DNA from: Bispira polyomma
Lineage: Eukaryota
Length of the DNA stretch: 64,000 nt
Reading direction: 5' to 3'
Assembly: GCA_965649765.1 (NCBI GenBank)
Contig: OZ287759.1
Location: forward strand, 42,532,001 to 42,596,000
Position 1 is the first letter of the stretch. Each line of letters starts with the position of its first letter. A program made the translations under genes and the position numbers. Shown here piece after piece: positions 60,601 to 64,000 of this stretch. A model generated the notes under the pieces. That model saw only the letters and a program-made list of their open reading frames with translations, searched no databases and was not told the DNA's origin.

Positions 60601-62007
60601 AAAAATCCATTACTGAGGAGATAATTATAAAATGTAATTGTGATATCTATTCGTTACAGTTGATACAAAAACGGATGAGGAGAGTTAGGAAGAAAGTCAT
60701 AATTCTAGAAAAGACTTCCCCAAAAACTTGACACATGAAATTCGTGAGCTGCTATTTGTCATCTGTCAGCATACTGTAAACATCAATTTAGTGTTGTATA
60801 AATGTAGCAAAGTTTTACCACTGATACCCAGATTTTTGGTGTTACGTACAAACTGACTAAATCATAAGGCATGAATTGTAAATGTAAAAAATACTTTCTG
60901 GGGCACCACGTGAATTATAGAGGACAAAAAAACCCCTGTCTCAGACTAAATAATGAGGAAACATCTTTTCATTGTACCCTGGATCTGTGAGGGTAAAAAC
61001 CTAGCTGAGAGAAAAGTAGGACACACTATATATAACAGACCTAACCGACCTAACAGCTGCAATTACCGTCAGCTCTATGTGTTACATCATCTGCCAGTCT
61101 TAGTTGTTTCTGATATAGCATCCAACCTTTTAGAACTACAACTTATCTTAACTCATACATTCTATTCATTAATTTCAATACATTAGACCCACTGACACAC
61201 ATATACTAACATTCACATATTAGTATACTACCTAGACACTCTGTTTAACTATACTCTGGTAATGTTGATATATCTGACATAATTATCTAACAGTCACTTT
61301 TTTCTGTGCAACATGAGACGAAAGTGTGTCAACAAAAATGGGTGTCTTCCAAATCAGTTTTTCCTACACGTCTGTGGTGTGGTGTCCTAAAATAAGAGCA
61401 GATAAGGAACTGAGGCCAGGGTGGTAAAACCTAGCTTATCAAGTGTACAGCCCAGAGATGCAAATAGCAAGTCTGATCTGAAAACTAGATTTTATCAGAA
61501 GCTGGGAAAATAATCGTAGTAGCTCACAAGTGGTAAATAGACTTCCAATGAAATATGAAGACTGGTCACATACATTCGTCTAATATTACTGCTAAGAGTT
61601 TATTTATTTAACTTTGTCTATAAATAAAGGCAAAAATGCATAAATATATACATAATTCTGCTAAAAAAGAAAATCATCATGCTAGAATATAACATTGATA
61701 TTACCTTATCTTTGCAGTAAAAACCTGAAAACAAATATCTCCCAATTAAATAGACTAATTTCTTTTTCCAGAACAAAATTTCAGTTGTTGTTGATTTACA
61801 ATTTGATATTTCAACATAAAAACATGACAGTCTTATTCTCTACTTTTGTTGTGAAATAATTTGTATTTCAATTAGTTTGTCTTGCACGTAATATACTTGG
61901 CCATTCAATTGATTTAAATCAAAGCCCCAGAAAGGCTAAGTTTGCTTAAGTAGTCTACTTCAGATAGTTCTACTTATCCACGTTATAGATTGTTCATCAG
62001 TCGCTGT

Positions 62008-62495
62008 CAGTGGATCTCTGTTAACCCAGGCTTGGAAGTTTGGGGTCAGTGGATCCCTGCTAACCCAGGTTTATAAGTTTAGTATTACTGGATCCCTGCT
62101 AACTCAAGCTCAGACGTTTGGTGTAAGTGAATCCCTGCTAACTCAAGCTCAGACATTTGGTGTTAGTGGATCCCTGCTAACTCAAGCTCAGACATTTGGT
62201 GTTAGTGGATCCCTGCTAACTCAAGCTCAGACATTTGGTGTTAGTGGATCCCTGCTAACTCAAGCTCAGACATTTGGTGTTAGTGGATCCCTGCTAACTC
62301 AAGCTCAGACATTTGGTGTTAGTGGATCCCTGCTAACTCAAGCTCAGACATTTGGTGTTAGTCGATCCCTGCTAACTCAAGCTCAGACATTTGGTGTTAG
62401 TGGATCCCTGCTAACTCAAACTTAAATGTTTCGTGTTAGTGAATCCTTGCTAACTCAAGCTTAGACATTTTGTGTAAGTGAATCCCTGCTAACTC
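62008..62495. repeat. About 12 x 39-bp tandem array
   Basis: Unit gatccctgctaactcaagctcagacatttggtgttagtg. Confidence 0.95.
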
Positions 62496-63147
62496 CCATT
62501 TCTCTCTCAGTAAAGGTTAATGATTTTTATCTATACCATCTAACAATTGGAACGAGTTTAAAGAACTCTTTGTAACAGTTGTCCAATATCCCTTAACGCC
62601 CCACCCAAAAGACTTTCTCTTTTTTAATATTTATTTCACCAAGAAGCTGGATAGAGAATGGGGGCTACAAAATTCGAATTTTGAATATAAACCTAATATT
62701 TCCAGCTAACAAACTACTGTGTTCTGTGATATTTGAGTTTAGTAGTTTACACATAATGTTTATTATAGCATTTTTTTATTAAATCACTGCACATTTAGTG
62801 GTAAAATAACTAAGTTCCATGATCTGACTGGTAGAGTTTAGCACCTTGTGAGGGGCTCTGTAGGCGTAACACTCTTGACTGCCACCTCTATACTTAAGGT
62901 TTAATTCTTCGGCACAGCGTGTATGTCTTAAAATTAGCAAGTAGACTTGTTGAATGTTAGTGGTTGGCAAAATTGAACATATATATAGGAATTACTATCT
63001 AACACTTTCCAACACCAATGTAGAAAGCGACATTAAACTGATAACCAATTTAAACCTGGTGATAAACCTAGACTTTTATTTTCCATTTTTTTTATATTTT
63101 ACTCTTACATTTCCATTTCAGTATTTTTTCTGTGACATGAAAGTTAC

Positions 63148-63368
63148 ATGTGTTCTATACAACAGAACATGGGTTTACATGTGGTTTTACACAACAGGGC
63201 ATGGGTTTACAGATGGTATTTCATGTGGTTTTACACAACAGAGCATTGGATTACAGTTGGTTTCACACAACAGAGCATGGGTTTACACGTGGTTTTACAC
63301 AACAGAACATGGGTTTACAGGTGGTTTTACACAACAGAGCATGGGTTTACACGTGGTATTTCATGTGG
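63148..63368. repeat. ~33-bp tandem repeat
   Basis: Repeated gtggttttacacaacagagcatgggtttacac. Confidence 0.85.
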
Positions 63369-63491
63369 CCATAATATAGACTAGTTGTTGCACAAATATC
63401 TTGCAAAGCAAAACTTTTTAAATTATTTTACTTTTACATACTTTGCACTTAAAACAATAAAGTATAATACTAAGAACTACTAGTGAATGAG

Positions 63492-63961
63492 TTGAGCATC
63501 TTGGCGAGGGCTTGCTGATGGAGTTGCAGTTCAATTTGTGAGCATCTTGGCGAGGGCTCGGTGATGCAGTTGTAGTTCAGTTTGTGAGCATCTTGGCGAG
63601 GGCTCGGTGATGCAGTTGTAGTTCAGTTTGTGAGCATCTTGGCGAGGGCTTGCTGATGGAGTTGCAGTTCAATTTGTGAGCATCTTGGCGACGGCTCGGT
63701 GATGCAGTTGTAGTTCAGTTTGTGAGCATCTTGGCGAGGGCTCTGTGATGCAGTTTAGTTTGTGAGCATCTTGGCGACGGCTCGGTGATGCAGTTGTAGT
63801 TCAGTTTGTGAGCATCTTGGCGAGGGCTCGGTGATGCAGTTGTAGTTCAGTTTGTGAGCATCTTGGCGAGGGCTCGGTGATGCAGTTGTAGTTCAGTTTG
63901 TGAGCATCTTGGCGAGAGCTCGGTGATGCAGTTTAGTTTGTGAGCATCTTGGCGAGGGCTT
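63492..63961. repeat. About 10 x 46-bp tandem array
   Basis: Unit tgagcatcttggcgagggctcggtgatgcagttgtagttcagtttg. Confidence 0.95.
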
Positions 63962-64000
63962 GGAGGTGAAATTGCAGATTGGTTATGAACCATGCCTACA

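Noticed and set aside
60660-60743. Candidate exon 2 of the TGF-beta gene (ttacag...gtgagc)
   Set aside because: It has an in-frame TAG in the required phase and no prodomain similarity.

Overview
This window is AT-rich, intron-containing animal genomic DNA. The repeat landscape suggests an invertebrate such as a mollusc, but that is inference. Two host genes are visible. (1) A minus-strand SLC28 / concentrative nucleoside transporter gene: 10 coding exons (27254 down to 4347, 587 codons) join by canonical GT-AG sites in consistent phase, and the last exon(s) appear to lie left of the window. (2) The first coding exon (55619-56258, +) of a TGF-beta family gene resembling myostatin/GDF8/11. The rest is mostly mobile DNA: a DIRS-like retrotransposon next to an L1/Tx1-type fragment, two decayed L2/CR1-type LINEs, tRNA-derived SINEs with target-site duplications, two Harbinger transposase pseudogenes, a MULE derivative, several MITEs and two Helentron-like elements with internal satellites. 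There are also many local 20-80 bp tandem arrays. The most unusual pattern is that at least five SLC28 splice sites have themselves been tandemly duplicated (2 to about 25 copies), producing arrays of decoy splice sites. In three of these arrays each unit reads as an exon fragment plus a 24-28 nt GT...AG spacer.
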